Under the pieces are notes generated by a model. It saw only the letters and a list, made by a program, of their open reading frames with translations. It was not told the origin of the DNA and searched no databases. This document shows positions 8,771 through 19,167 of a stretch of DNA of 64,000 nt, one piece after another (the first letter of the stretch is position 1; each line of letters begins with the position of its first letter). Made by a program: the position numbers and the translations under genes. Source of the stretch: Bacillota bacterium (lineage in GTDB: Bacteria > Bacillota > Sulfobacillia > JAJZYS01 > JAJZLH01); contig JAKAUI010000045.1 of assembly GCA_021827745.1 (NCBI GenBank), forward strand, positions 124,589-188,588. Reading direction: 5' to 3'.

Positions 8771-9682
8771 GTGACCAGTCAGATTCGGCTGCACAAACTG
8801 ACCAAGCGGTACGGGACGTTGACGGCAGTCGATGACCTGTCTTTGACCATCCCGCCGCTCGGCGTTTTTGGCCTGCTCGGGCCGAACGGTGCCGGCAAGA
8901 CCACCACGCTGGAGATGATCGAGGGGCTGCGCAAGCCGGACTCCGGCGAGGTGTGGTTCGGCACCTTGGACATCGTCCGCCACCCCGAGGCGGCCAAGGC
9001 CCGCTTCGGCGTGCAGCTGCAGACGTCGTCCTTCTTCGACCTGCTGACGGTGGCAGAAACGCTCGATCTGTTCGCCAGCTTCTACCCGAAGCGCCTCCAG
9101 ACGGCCGACCTGATCGAGCGCTTCGACCTCGGAGAGAAGGCGGACGCCCGGGTCAAGACGCTCTCCGGCGGCCAGCGCCAACGCCTGGCACTGGCCGCCG
9201 CCATGGTCAACGACCCGGAGGTGGTGTTCTTGGACGAGCCGTCCGCCGGCCTCGATCCGCAGGCCAGGCGCCACCTCTGGGACATGGTGGATGGGTTGCG
9301 CCAGGAGGGGCGCACCGTTGTCCTGACCACCCACTACATGGAAGAGGCCGAGACGCTGTGCGAGGAGCTGGCGATCATCGACCACGGCCGCATCCTGGCC
9401 ACTGGGCGACCCAAGGATCTGATCGCCGAGCGAATGCCGGGAGCCCTGATCGAACTGGCGCCCGACACATCCCTTCCCTTAGACGTGCACCTCACGGCGA
9501 TGACGGCGCTTGACCGCACCGATGACGCCGTCACCATCCACAGTTCGGATTTGGCGAAGACCTTGGTCGATCTGGTCTCCTGGGCCCAGGAATCCAGCGC
9601 CGACCTGGCCGGCATCCGGACCAGGGGCGCGACGTTAGAGGACCTCTTTCTCAGCCTGACCGGAAGGAGCCTTCGGGAATGA
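8771..9682 (+). CDS. ABC transporter ATP-binding protein (DrrA/NatA-like), paralog of 4672..5595
   Basis: Walker A GPNGAGKTTT, signature LSGGQRQRL, Walker B VVFLDEPS. GTG start at 8771 with GGGGAGG 13 nt upstream. C-terminal LEDLFLSLTGRSLRE. Confidence 0.85.
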   Translation: MTSQIRLHKLTKRYGTLTAVDDLSLTIPPLGVFGLLGPNGAGKTTTLEMIEGLRKPDSGEVWFGTLDIVRHPEAAKARFGVQLQTSSFFDLLTVAETLDLFASFYPKRLQTADLIERFDLGEKADARVKTLSGGQRQRLALAAAMVNDPEVVFLDEPSAGLDPQARRHLWDMVDGLRQEGRTVVLTTHYMEEAETLCEELAIIDHGRILATGRPKDLIAERMPGALIELAPDTSLPLDVHLTAMTALDRTDDAVTIHSSDLAKTLVDLVSWAQESSADLAGIRTRGATLEDLFLSLTGRSLRE

Positions 9683-10755
9683 GCGCGGTGGTGGCGTTGG
9701 TCCAGGCCCTCTTTCGCAACTTCACCCGCAATCGGCAGGGTCTCTTCTGGAGCCTGTTCTTCCCCGTGCTGATGATGCTGGTGTTCGGGCTGCTCGGGAA
9801 CTCCCAGACGGTCAACGTCAAACTGGCCGTCGTCGGCGGCAGCCTCGCCTTTCACCAGGAGGTGGCCGGGGCGCTGGCCAAGTCCACGATCTTCACCGTC
9901 ACGACCATGACGCCAGCCGGCGCCCTCTCGGCCGTGCGCGCCGGCACCCAGGATGCCGAGCTGGTCCTTCCGGCACGCGCCGTGGCTGGCCAGCCGGCCG
10001 TGCTTCATCTCTACTACAACAACGCCAGCCAGGCTTCGGCCACTCAGGCCGTGGCGGCCGTGCAGCAGGCCATCAGCCAGATCGACCTCGCCCTCTCCGG
10101 TCGGCCTCCGGCCCTGACCGTTACCCCGCGGCCGCTCTCTGGCAGCCGCACCTTTTCCTATCTGGACTTTTTGCTGCCCGGCCTGATCGCCCTCACCATC
10201 ATGCAGGGCAGCCTCTTTGGGCTGGCCACCGCCCTCACCCGCTGGAAGGAGCAAGGGGTGCTCCGGCGCTTTCTGGCCACGCCGCTTAGGCCTGTCCAGT
10301 TCCTGGGGGCGACCGTGATCAACTACATGCTGACCAATTTGATGAACACGGTGATCATCGCCGGCATCGGCATCTTGTTCTTACACGCCACCGTCCAGCT
10401 GCCGATCGGGCCCCTGCTCCTTTCGGTGCTGCTCGGCCTGTCCACATTCATCAGCATCGGCTTTCTGGTCGCTGGCCATGCCAAGAGCCAGGAGGCGGTG
10501 ATCCCCTTGGTGAACCTGATCTCGTTTCCGATGATGTTTTTGTCCGGAGTCTTCTTCTCGCTCACCTCTCTGCCCAAGTTCCTGGCAGCCGTGGTCAGCT
10601 TCTTTCCGCTCACCTATCTCGCCAATGCGGTGCGCGGCCTGATGTCCGGTCAGCTGACCGGCGTGTCTGGGGCGTTGTGGGGCGACATCGGCGGTCTTGC
10701 GGCCTGGACGGTGGTGTGCGGCGTGATCGCAAGCCGCACCTGGCACTGGGAGTAG
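9679..10755 (+). CDS. ABC-2 type transporter permease
   Basis: ATGA overlap with the upstream ATPase. An N-terminal TM segment, a large periplasmic loop, then five TM segments (ABC-2 family). Confidence 0.8.
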   Translation: MSAVVALVQALFRNFTRNRQGLFWSLFFPVLMMLVFGLLGNSQTVNVKLAVVGGSLAFHQEVAGALAKSTIFTVTTMTPAGALSAVRAGTQDAELVLPARAVAGQPAVLHLYYNNASQASATQAVAAVQQAISQIDLALSGRPPALTVTPRPLSGSRTFSYLDFLLPGLIALTIMQGSLFGLATALTRWKEQGVLRRFLATPLRPVQFLGATVINYMLTNLMNTVIIAGIGILFLHATVQLPIGPLLLSVLLGLSTFISIGFLVAGHAKSQEAVIPLVNLISFPMMFLSGVFFSLTSLPKFLAAVVSFFPLTYLANAVRGLMSGQLTGVSGALWGDIGGLAAWTVVCGVIASRTWHWE

Positions 10756-10840
10756 CGCCGCTGGCGCTCCAAGCGGCGATCGGGGGCGCACCCGCTGCGC
10801 CGGGGCGAACTGTCAACTTCTCGACGAAAGGAATCATCGC

Positions 10841-11980
10841 GTGTACGACCTGGTGATCGTAGGCGCCGGGGTGTGGGGGTCGTCAGCGGCACTGGCGGCG
10901 ATGCGCCGGGGTGCCGGGAGCGTGCTGCTGCTCGAGGCCGAGATTGGCCCGGCGCAGCGAACCAGCGCCAAGAGCGGCGGCATCGTCACCGACCTGCTCT
11001 GGCACCCGCATGACCGGGAGCTGGTGCGACGCAGTCGGACCTTGTACCAGGAGGCGTCTTTGGGGGCAGACGACCCGCACCTGTGGCAGGCCGCCGGCAT
11101 GGTGACCTTGGGCCGCGCTGATCAGGCGGAGCTGTTCGCGACCACCTGCGAACGGCTTCTTAGGCGCCAGGTCCCAGTCCGGATGCTCGACCGTGAGGGC
11201 CTTGGCCGCGCCTTCCCGGCCCTCGACCGGCTGCCAGCTGACATGATCGCCCTGCACACCCCAGACGACTGGCATGTCAACCCGACCGCCTACGCCCAGT
11301 GGGCGGTCTCAGCGGCGCGCCGGCTCGGGCTTTTCGTCCAGATGTCCGCGCCGATCCATCGCCTGGAGCTCCATCCGAGGTCGGTGGCGGTCCATCTGGC
11401 TGATCGGACGACCGTTGAGGGTGGCCGCCTGCTCGTCTGCGCCGGCACCTGGTCGCGAAGGCTCCTCAAGAGTGCGGGGCTCGACATCGCTCTCCGGCCG
11501 TACCGCACCCAGCTCTCCTCTGTGCACTTTGCGGCGCCCCACGACCTGCCGATCGTCTGGCAGCTTGAAACCGACCTCTATCTGGTGCCGGAGGGGGAGC
11601 GCGAGCTTCTGGCCGGTGACGGCACCGAAGAAGGCGAGTCGGACCCGGATGCGTTTCGAGAGACCGGCGATGCTGGCTTCATCGCCAGTGTGGCCGAACG
11701 GATCGTCGGCCTGACCAGCCGGGGCGACGGCGCCGGAGTGCGCACGGCCTGGGCCGGTCTGTGCGGTGCCACACCGGACCGCCGGCCGCTGCTCGGACGT
11801 CTCGCCCCGCATCTCTACTGCGCCTGCGGCGATCAGGGGATCGGCGTGATGCGTGGCCCGGCTTTGGGCGAACTGGCCGCTCTTGTGGCCCTGGAGCAGG
11901 CCGAGGCCCCGGAGCTTGATCCGCTGCGCTTTGTGCCGTCCGAGTTTCCGATCCGGCCCGGCTTCACCCTGGAGACCTAG
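10841..11980 (+). CDS. FAD-dependent oxidoreductase (DAO family; glycine/sarcosine oxidase-like)
   Basis: N-terminal Rossmann motif DLVIVGAGVWGSSAA and DAO-family length. GTG start preceded by AAAGGA. Confidence 0.75.
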   Translation: MYDLVIVGAGVWGSSAALAAMRRGAGSVLLLEAEIGPAQRTSAKSGGIVTDLLWHPHDRELVRRSRTLYQEASLGADDPHLWQAAGMVTLGRADQAELFATTCERLLRRQVPVRMLDREGLGRAFPALDRLPADMIALHTPDDWHVNPTAYAQWAVSAARRLGLFVQMSAPIHRLELHPRSVAVHLADRTTVEGGRLLVCAGTWSRRLLKSAGLDIALRPYRTQLSSVHFAAPHDLPIVWQLETDLYLVPEGERELLAGDGTEEGESDPDAFRETGDAGFIASVAERIVGLTSRGDGAGVRTAWAGLCGATPDRRPLLGRLAPHLYCACGDQGIGVMRGPALGELAALVALEQAEAPELDPLRFVPSEFPIRPGFTLET

Positions 11981-12037
11981 TCGGCCCAGCTCTAAACCAG
12001 AAGGCGCCTGCTCAGGTCCACCCAGCTTGACCTGGAT

Positions 12038-12066
12038 TGACCCCGGCTCTTGGCTCGGCCTAGAAT
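12038..12066 (+). promoter_or_regulatory. Putative sigma-A type promoter for leuS (TTGACC-N18-TAGAAT)
   Basis: TTGACC at 12037-12042 and TAGAAT at 12061-12066, immediately upstream of the leuS SD GGAGGGA (12095-12101). Confidence 0.35.
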
Positions 12067-12107
12067 CATCCCCATACTACAAATGCCTTGTCTGGAGGGA
12101 TTTTGCC

Positions 12108-14534
12108 ATCGACGCCACCTACCGTCCGCGAGAAGTCGAGCCGCGCTGGCAGGCGCGCTGGCAAGACGCGGGCATCGGGGAGGTCGACCTTGGCGCTGCC
12201 AAGCGCCCGTACTACAACCTGATGATGTTCCCCTACCCCTCGGCCGAGGGGCTGCACGTCGGAAACGTATTTGCCTTCACCGGCGCCGACATCCACGGCC
12301 GGCTGCGCGCCATGCAGGGCTACGACGTGTTCGAGCCGATCGGATTCGACGCCTTTGGCATCCACAGCGAGAACACCGCCATCAAGCAGGGGATCCACCC
12401 CAAGGCGCTGGTCGCCGCCAACACCCAAAACTTCCGCCGCCAACTGCGGCGGATGGGCGGGCGCTTCAGCTGGTCGCACACGCTGGACAGCACCGATCCC
12501 GCCTACTACCGCTGGACGCAGTGGATCTTCCTCAAGCTGTTCGAGGCCGGCCTCGCCTACCGCAAGCAGGCGCCGGTCAACTGGTGCCCATCCTGTCGGA
12601 CGGTGCTCGCAGACGAGCAGGTGATCTCCGGCCACTGCGAGCGCTGCGACAGCGTGGTCGAACAGCGCAATCTGGAGCAGTGGTTCTTTCGGATCACGGC
12701 CTACGCCGACCGCCTGCTCGACCATTTGCCCGACCTGGACTGGTCGGAGCTGATCAAGACCGCCCAGGCCAACTGGATCGGCCGCAGCACCGGTGCCAGC
12801 CTGACCTTCTCGTTGATCGCCCCCGCAAGCGGGGAGATCGAGGTGTTCACCACCCGGCCGGACACCCTGTACGGCGCCACCTTCTTGGCGCTGGCGCCAA
12901 GCCACCCGCTCGCGGCCGCCATTCCCACAGCCGAGTTCAGGCCCAAGGTTGCAGCCTACATCGAGCAGGCGGCGAAGGCCGATCCGGCGGAAATAGGCAC
13001 GGAGCGGGCCAAGACCGGTGTGCTGACCGGCGCCTTCGCCCGCCATCCTCTAACCAAAGAGGCCCTGCCGATTTTAGTCGCAGACTATGTCTTGGCCGGC
13101 TATGGCAGCGGTGCGGTGATGGGCGTACCCGGTCACGACCAGCGCGACTTCGACTTTGCCCAGGCCCTGGGACTGAATATCCAACGGGTGGTCGCCGCCA
13201 GCGCCGATGACATAGGCCCGCTTCACGAGGCCTTCACCGACGAAAGCGGCGTGCTGGTCAACTCCGGTCCCTACGACGGGCTGAGCGTGGCGGCGGCCAA
13301 GGCTGCGATCACCGCCCGGGCCGAGCACGACGGGTTCGGTGCGGCCAAGACCACCCTTCACTTGAGAGACTGGCTGATCTCGCGTCAGCGCTACTGGGGT
13401 CCGCCGATTCCGGTCGTCTACTGTGACGCCTGCGGCACGGTCGGCGTCCCGGAAGAGGAGCTCCCCGTCCTGTTGCCGGAGACGGAGGACTACGTTCCTC
13501 AGGGGACGGGGGCGTCTCCTCTCGCCTCCATCCCCGGGTTTGTGAACACGGCCTGCCCGCGCTGCCATGGACCGGCCCGCAGGGAGACCGACGTCTCAGA
13601 CAACTTCCTCTGCTCGTCTTGGTACTTCTTGCGCTATCCCTCCCACCCCGAGGTCACAGACCGCCCCTATGACCCCGAGCTGATCGACAAGTGGCTGCCG
13701 GTTGACAGCTACATCGGCGGCAGAGAGCACGCCGTCTTGCATCTGCTCTACACCCGATTCATCTGCATGGCCCTCTTCGACCTCGGACTGCTCCCCTTCG
13801 AGGAGCCCTTCCGACGCTTTCGGGCCCACGGCACAATCACGTTTCAGGGCGGCAAGATGTCAAAGTCCCGCGGCAACGTCGTCACCCCAGACGACCTCTT
13901 CGATCGCTACGGCGCCGACACCACCCGGCTCTATCTGATGTTCCTCGGCCCCTACCAGGAGGGCGGCGACTACTCAGAGCGCAACATCGAGGGCATCTGG
14001 CGCTTTTTGCAGCGCGTCCACCGCCTGGTCAAAGACGCCAAGAGCCCGCCCAAGACCTGTGCCAGCGCCCATCTGGCCGATCTGCACCGGGTGGTGAAGC
14101 GCGTGACTGAGGATCTGGAGGCGCTCAAGTACAACACGGCGATCGCCGGTCTGATGGAGTACAACAACCTGCTCCGCCAGCGCACCGATCCGGTCTCCCA
14201 CCAGGAGCTGGCCACCTTCACCCTGCTCCTTGCTCCCTTGGCGCCGCATCTGGCCGAGGAACTGTGGCAGGCCTTGGGCGGAGCCTTCTCGGTGCACAGC
14301 CAGCCCTTCCCCAGCTACGACCCCTCGCTTCTGATCGAGGACACCGCCACCGTGGTGGTGCAGGTGGACGGCCGGGTCAGGGCCCGCCTGACCGTTTCGG
14401 CCGGAACGGCCGAGGCCGAGGTCCGGCGTCAGGCGCTGGCGCTTGACTCCGTGCAGCGGCACCTGGACGGCGCCGAGGTGGAGCGCCTCGTCTTCGTCCC
14501 GGACCGGCTTGTGAACATCGTCCGAAAGATCTGA
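12108..14534 (+). CDS. leuS: Leucine--tRNA ligase
   Basis: Conserved N-terminus YRPREVEPRWQARWQ, class-I HIGH-region analog HVGNVFAFTGADIHGR, KMSKS (GKMSKSRGN), and full-length alignment. The start is placed at the ATC codon 8 nt after the GGAGGGA SD because no in-frame ATG/GTG/TTG exists between the promoter and the conserved N-terminus (see findings). The track ORF starting at 11853 is a spurious extension into the upstream gene. Confidence 0.8.
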   Translation: MDATYRPREVEPRWQARWQDAGIGEVDLGAAKRPYYNLMMFPYPSAEGLHVGNVFAFTGADIHGRLRAMQGYDVFEPIGFDAFGIHSENTAIKQGIHPKALVAANTQNFRRQLRRMGGRFSWSHTLDSTDPAYYRWTQWIFLKLFEAGLAYRKQAPVNWCPSCRTVLADEQVISGHCERCDSVVEQRNLEQWFFRITAYADRLLDHLPDLDWSELIKTAQANWIGRSTGASLTFSLIAPASGEIEVFTTRPDTLYGATFLALAPSHPLAAAIPTAEFRPKVAAYIEQAAKADPAEIGTERAKTGVLTGAFARHPLTKEALPILVADYVLAGYGSGAVMGVPGHDQRDFDFAQALGLNIQRVVAASADDIGPLHEAFTDESGVLVNSGPYDGLSVAAAKAAITARAEHDGFGAAKTTLHLRDWLISRQRYWGPPIPVVYCDACGTVGVPEEELPVLLPETEDYVPQGTGASPLASIPGFVNTACPRCHGPARRETDVSDNFLCSSWYFLRYPSHPEVTDRPYDPELIDKWLPVDSYIGGREHAVLHLLYTRFICMALFDLGLLPFEEPFRRFRAHGTITFQGGKMSKSRGNVVTPDDLFDRYGADTTRLYLMFLGPYQEGGDYSERNIEGIWRFLQRVHRLVKDAKSPPKTCASAHLADLHRVVKRVTEDLEALKYNTAIAGLMEYNNLLRQRTDPVSHQELATFTLLLAPLAPHLAEELWQALGGAFSVHSQPFPSYDPSLLIEDTATVVVQVDGRVRARLTVSAGTAEAEVRRQALALDSVQRHLDGAEVERLVFVPDRLVNIVRKI

Positions 14535-14583
14535 TCGAAAAGAGCCCGCCCCTTTCCTTCAGGCCAAGCTCACGCTCGCTCGG

Positions 14584-16392
14584 CTACTCCACCGTCACCG
14601 ACTTGGCCAGATTGCGCGGCTTGTCGATGTCCGTGCCGCGGGCCACTGCCGCGTGATAGGCCAGAAGCTGCAGCGGCAAGGCAGCCAGGACCGGGGCCAA
14701 GGCGTCGTGGCAGGCCGGCAGGAGAAAGCCCTGGTCCAGTTCTTGATGCCCGCTCAGGTCGTGGCTGGTGATGCCGTAGATCCAGCCGCCCCTGGCCTTG
14801 ATCTCGGCCAGGTTGGAGAGCGTCTTGTCCAAGAGCTCGCCCTGGGTCAAAAGCGCCACCACCGGCACTCCCGGCTCGATCAGGGCCAGGGTGCCGTGCT
14901 TCAACTCGCCGGCGGCCAGGGCCTCGGCGTGCAGGTAGGAGATCTCCTTCAGCTTGAGCTGGCCTTCCATCGCCACGGCATAGTCGGTGCCACGGCCGAC
15001 ATAGAACACGTCCTTGGCTGCGGCGAGCCGCTTGGCGACGGCCTCGATCTCGCCGGCGCGCTGCAAGATCAGCTCGGCCTTCTCCGGAAGCGCCCACAGG
15101 TCTCTGGCCCACCTCGCCTCCTCCTGGGCGGCCAAAAGTCCGCTCGCCTTGGCGTAGGCGAGCACCAGGAAGGTGAGGGTCAGAATCTGGGTGGTATACG
15201 CCTTGGAGGAGGCGACTGCGATCTCGGGTCCGGCCAAAGTCGGCAAATTGATGTCGGCCTCGCGGCTGATCGAGCTGCCGATCACGTTGGTAATGGCGAT
15301 CACCCGGGCCCCCATCGACTTCGCCCGGCGGATGGCCGAAAGCGTGTCTAGGGTCTCCCCGGACTGCGAGACGGCGATCACCGTGTCCTGGGGTCCGAGC
15401 TTGAGGTGACGGTAGCGAAACTCGCTGGCCAGATCCGCCTCGGCCGGAATCCCGAGCACGTCCTCGGCCAGGCGCCGCCCGACCAGACAGGCATGATAGC
15501 TGGTGCCGCAGGCCACAAACCACAGCCTTTCGGGCAGCGGCCCCGGGTCCACCTCAAGGGCGATCTGGTCGAGGTCCTCGCTCAGGCGTCCGGCCATGGT
15601 CTGGCGAAGCGCCTTAGGCTGCTCTTGAATCTCCTTGATCATGAAATGCGCAAAGCCGCCCCGCTCCGCCTCTTCCAGGTTCCAGGACACCTCGAGCGGC
15701 GGACGGTGCACCTCGCCTCCCGCTTTGTAGATGTGCGCCGCCTCGGCCGTGATCACGACCACCTCGCCGTCTTCCACTACCACCACCTTGCGCGTGCGGC
15801 TGATCAGCGCCGGGATGTCAGAGGCCAGCATGTTCTCGCCCTCGCCGATGCCGACCAAGAGCGGCGAGTCCTGACGGGCGGCGCCGACGGCGCCTGGGTC
15901 CTTCGTGCGCACCACGGCCAGGGCGTAGGTGCCGCGCAGCCGGGCGGTGCAGGCTTGGAGCGCCTCTTTGAAGGGTAGGTGGGCGTAGTCCTCCAGGAGG
16001 TGGACGACCACCTCCGAGTCGGTCTCGGAGCGAAAGACGTGCCCCGCCGCCTCAAGCTCGCGGCGAAGGGCGCTGTGGTTTTCGATGATGCCGTTGTGGG
16101 CCACCGCCACGTCTCCGTGACAGCCAAGGTGCGGATGGGCGTTTTGCTCGCTCGGCCGGCCGTGCGTCGCCCATCTGGTGTGCCCCACGCCGACCTGGCC
16201 CGAAAGCGGTTGCCCGGCCAGGGCGGACTCCAGCTCGGCGATCCGCCCCACCGCCTTGACGAATTGGACCGCCCCCTCGTCCAGCACGGCGATGCCGGCC
16301 GAGTCGTATCCCCGGTATTCGAGACGGTTCAGTCCAGCCAGCAGAAATGGAACGGCCGGGTCCTGTCCCGCGTATCCCACGATGCCGCACAT
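14584..16392 (-). CDS. glmS: Glutamine--fructose-6-phosphate aminotransferase (isomerising)
   Basis: N-terminal MCGIVGY (Cys2 nucleophile) and two SIS domains over the full length. Confidence 0.95.
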   Translation of the reverse strand: MCGIVGYAGQDPAVPFLLAGLNRLEYRGYDSAGIAVLDEGAVQFVKAVGRIAELESALAGQPLSGQVGVGHTRWATHGRPSEQNAHPHLGCHGDVAVAHNGIIENHSALRRELEAAGHVFRSETDSEVVVHLLEDYAHLPFKEALQACTARLRGTYALAVVRTKDPGAVGAARQDSPLLVGIGEGENMLASDIPALISRTRKVVVVEDGEVVVITAEAAHIYKAGGEVHRPPLEVSWNLEEAERGGFAHFMIKEIQEQPKALRQTMAGRLSEDLDQIALEVDPGPLPERLWFVACGTSYHACLVGRRLAEDVLGIPAEADLASEFRYRHLKLGPQDTVIAVSQSGETLDTLSAIRRAKSMGARVIAITNVIGSSISREADINLPTLAGPEIAVASSKAYTTQILTLTFLVLAYAKASGLLAAQEEARWARDLWALPEKAELILQRAGEIEAVAKRLAAAKDVFYVGRGTDYAVAMEGQLKLKEISYLHAEALAAGELKHGTLALIEPGVPVVALLTQGELLDKTLSNLAEIKARGGWIYGITSHDLSGHQELDQGFLLPACHDALAPVLAALPLQLLAYHAAVARGTDIDKPRNLAKSVTVE

Positions 16393-16424
16393 ATGCGCTT
16401 TTCCCTTCCATGGGGCCGATTGCA

Positions 16425-16600
16425 GGATTTAAGCGGCCACCTGTGACCACAGGTCGCCCGAGCGGTGGTGTCCAGGCTGTCCCGGCCGTCGCCGGCCGGA
16501 TTTCTGAACACCTATCGGAACCGCCGTGCCGCGGGGTATCCGCCGAATCTTTCGATCAACCCCGACCTCGTCCACTCGCCAAGGCGAGTGCAGGCGCTTG
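16425..16600 (-). ncRNA. glmS ribozyme (GlcN6P-responsive self-cleaving riboswitch) in the glmS 5' leader
   Basis: The minus-strand leader reads AAGCGCCUGCACUCGCCUUGGCGAGUGGACGAGGUCGGGGUUGAUCGAAAGAUUCGGCGGAUACCCCGCGGCACGGCGGUUCCGAUAGGUGUUCAG... This matches the glmS ribozyme core of Bacillus: the AGCGCC cleavage-site context, the GACGAGG motif, and the UCGAA / UUCGGCGGAU / CCGCGGC pseudoknot region. Confidence 0.8.
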
Positions 16601-16624
16601 TGAAACCGGTTTCGGATCGTGCCC

Positions 16625-17986
<1,362 letters not shown>

Positions 17987-17995
17987 GCCCCCCTT

Positions 17996-18355
17996 CTAAG
18001 GACGAATTCGCACTTGAGTCGGATCGAGCGTGAGAAGCGCCGTGCCGCCCGGCCCGCCAAAGTGCAGTGCGGCGATGCCGCCGTGGCTGGTCGGATCAAT
18101 GGCGGTCACCCGAAACTGCGCTGGGCCGAGCGTCTCGAGCAGGGACTCCGGTCCCTCGACCACCACGGCCACGGTTCCAGGCGAGGCGGTGGCCCCCTTC
18201 GGTCCGCCGACCACCACCACCGGCACGGCGGAGAAGGTGCGGTGGACGATCGGGTCTGACTGCGAGATCACGACCGCCCACACCGCCACCGCCAGCAGAA
18301 GGGACACGAGAGCCAGGACCGGCCGGCGACCCAGCCACCTATCCACGGTGCTCAC
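17996..18355 (-). CDS. cdaR: CdaA regulatory protein CdaR-like (single YbbR-like domain, membrane anchored)
   Basis: N-terminal TM helix then a beta-rich YbbR-like segment. Positioned between cdaA and glmM as in Firmicutes. It is unusually short at 119 aa. Confidence 0.55.
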   Translation of the reverse strand: MSTVDRWLGRRPVLALVSLLLAVAVWAVVISQSDPIVHRTFSAVPVVVVGGPKGATASPGTVAVVVEGPESLLETLGPAQFRVTAIDPTSHGGIAALHFGGPGGTALLTLDPTQVRIRP

Positions 18356-19145
18356 CTGCCCCAGGGCGCCTGAGCAGTTGGTCCTCCACCATCCGGCGCA
18401 GCCTGCGCTCGTCGAGGTACCTGATCAGCTGTCCGCCCTTGGCCACGCTGACCGCCCCGGTCTGCTCGGACACCACGACCACGGCGGCGTCCGACACCTC
18501 GCTGGCGCCGATCGCCGCCCGATGCCGGGTGCCAAGGTCGGAGGGCACCACAGACGTGGCGGCCAGCGGCAGAAAGCAGGCGGCGGCCAGCACCCGATCC
18601 CGGCGGATGATGGCCGCCCCGTCGTGCAGCGGCGTGTTGGGAGCGAAGATGTTGCACAGAATCTGCCAGGACACCCTGGCCCCAAGCCAGGTGCCTGCCG
18701 CCGCCACGTCGCTCAGCCCGGTCTGCCCCTCCAGCACGATCAGGGCGCCCACCTTCTGGCGGGAAAGCCGCATTGCCGCCTGCACCACCGCTTCCACGGC
18801 GGTGCCGAGGTTGGGCTCGTCCTCCTCGCGCCCAATCAGGCCCTCCAGGAAGCGGGCCCGCCCCAGGCGCTCGAGGCCGCTGCGCAGCTCCGGCTGGAAG
18901 ACCACCGGAATCGCCACCAGCAGTGCGAGCAGCGCCGTCTCGAGCACGACATGCAGGGCCTGCAGTCCGAGCAGGGCCGACAGCTCGGTGCCCATGGCCA
19001 CCAGCACGATGCCCTTCATCAGCTGGAAGGCGCGCGTGCCGCGGATGGCGAGCAGGATGCGGTAGAACAGATAGGCCACGATCGCGATGTCGAGGGCGTT
19101 TTGGATCAGTGCCGCCGGGCCCATGGCGACGATTCTCAGCCACAT
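18339..19145 (-). CDS. cdaA: Diadenylate cyclase CdaA (c-di-AMP synthase)
   Basis: Three N-terminal TM helices plus a DAC domain with the DGA (TPLHDGAAII) and RHRAA motifs. Confidence 0.85.
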   Translation of the reverse strand: MWLRIVAMGPAALIQNALDIAIVAYLFYRILLAIRGTRAFQLMKGIVLVAMGTELSALLGLQALHVVLETALLALLVAIPVVFQPELRSGLERLGRARFLEGLIGREEDEPNLGTAVEAVVQAAMRLSRQKVGALIVLEGQTGLSDVAAAGTWLGARVSWQILCNIFAPNTPLHDGAAIIRRDRVLAAACFLPLAATSVVPSDLGTRHRAAIGASEVSDAAVVVVSEQTGAVSVAKGGQLIRYLDERRLRRMVEDQLLRRPGAGEHRG

Positions 19146-19167
19146 CGCCCCGGCCCCCTTGGCTCAG

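Noticed and set aside
11853-12107. Upstream ATG extension of leuS
   Set aside because: It would overlap the oxidoreductase gene by 128 nt and add a low-complexity Arg/Pro/Ser tail. The promoter and SD lie downstream of it.
11981-12107. T-box leader upstream of leuS
   Set aside because: The intergenic leader is only ~100 nt with no specifier-loop/antiterminator architecture. A simple promoter plus SD fits better.
14535-14583. Bidirectional terminator between convergent leuS and glmS
   Set aside because: No stable GC hairpin followed by a T-run could be drawn in the 49-bp gap.
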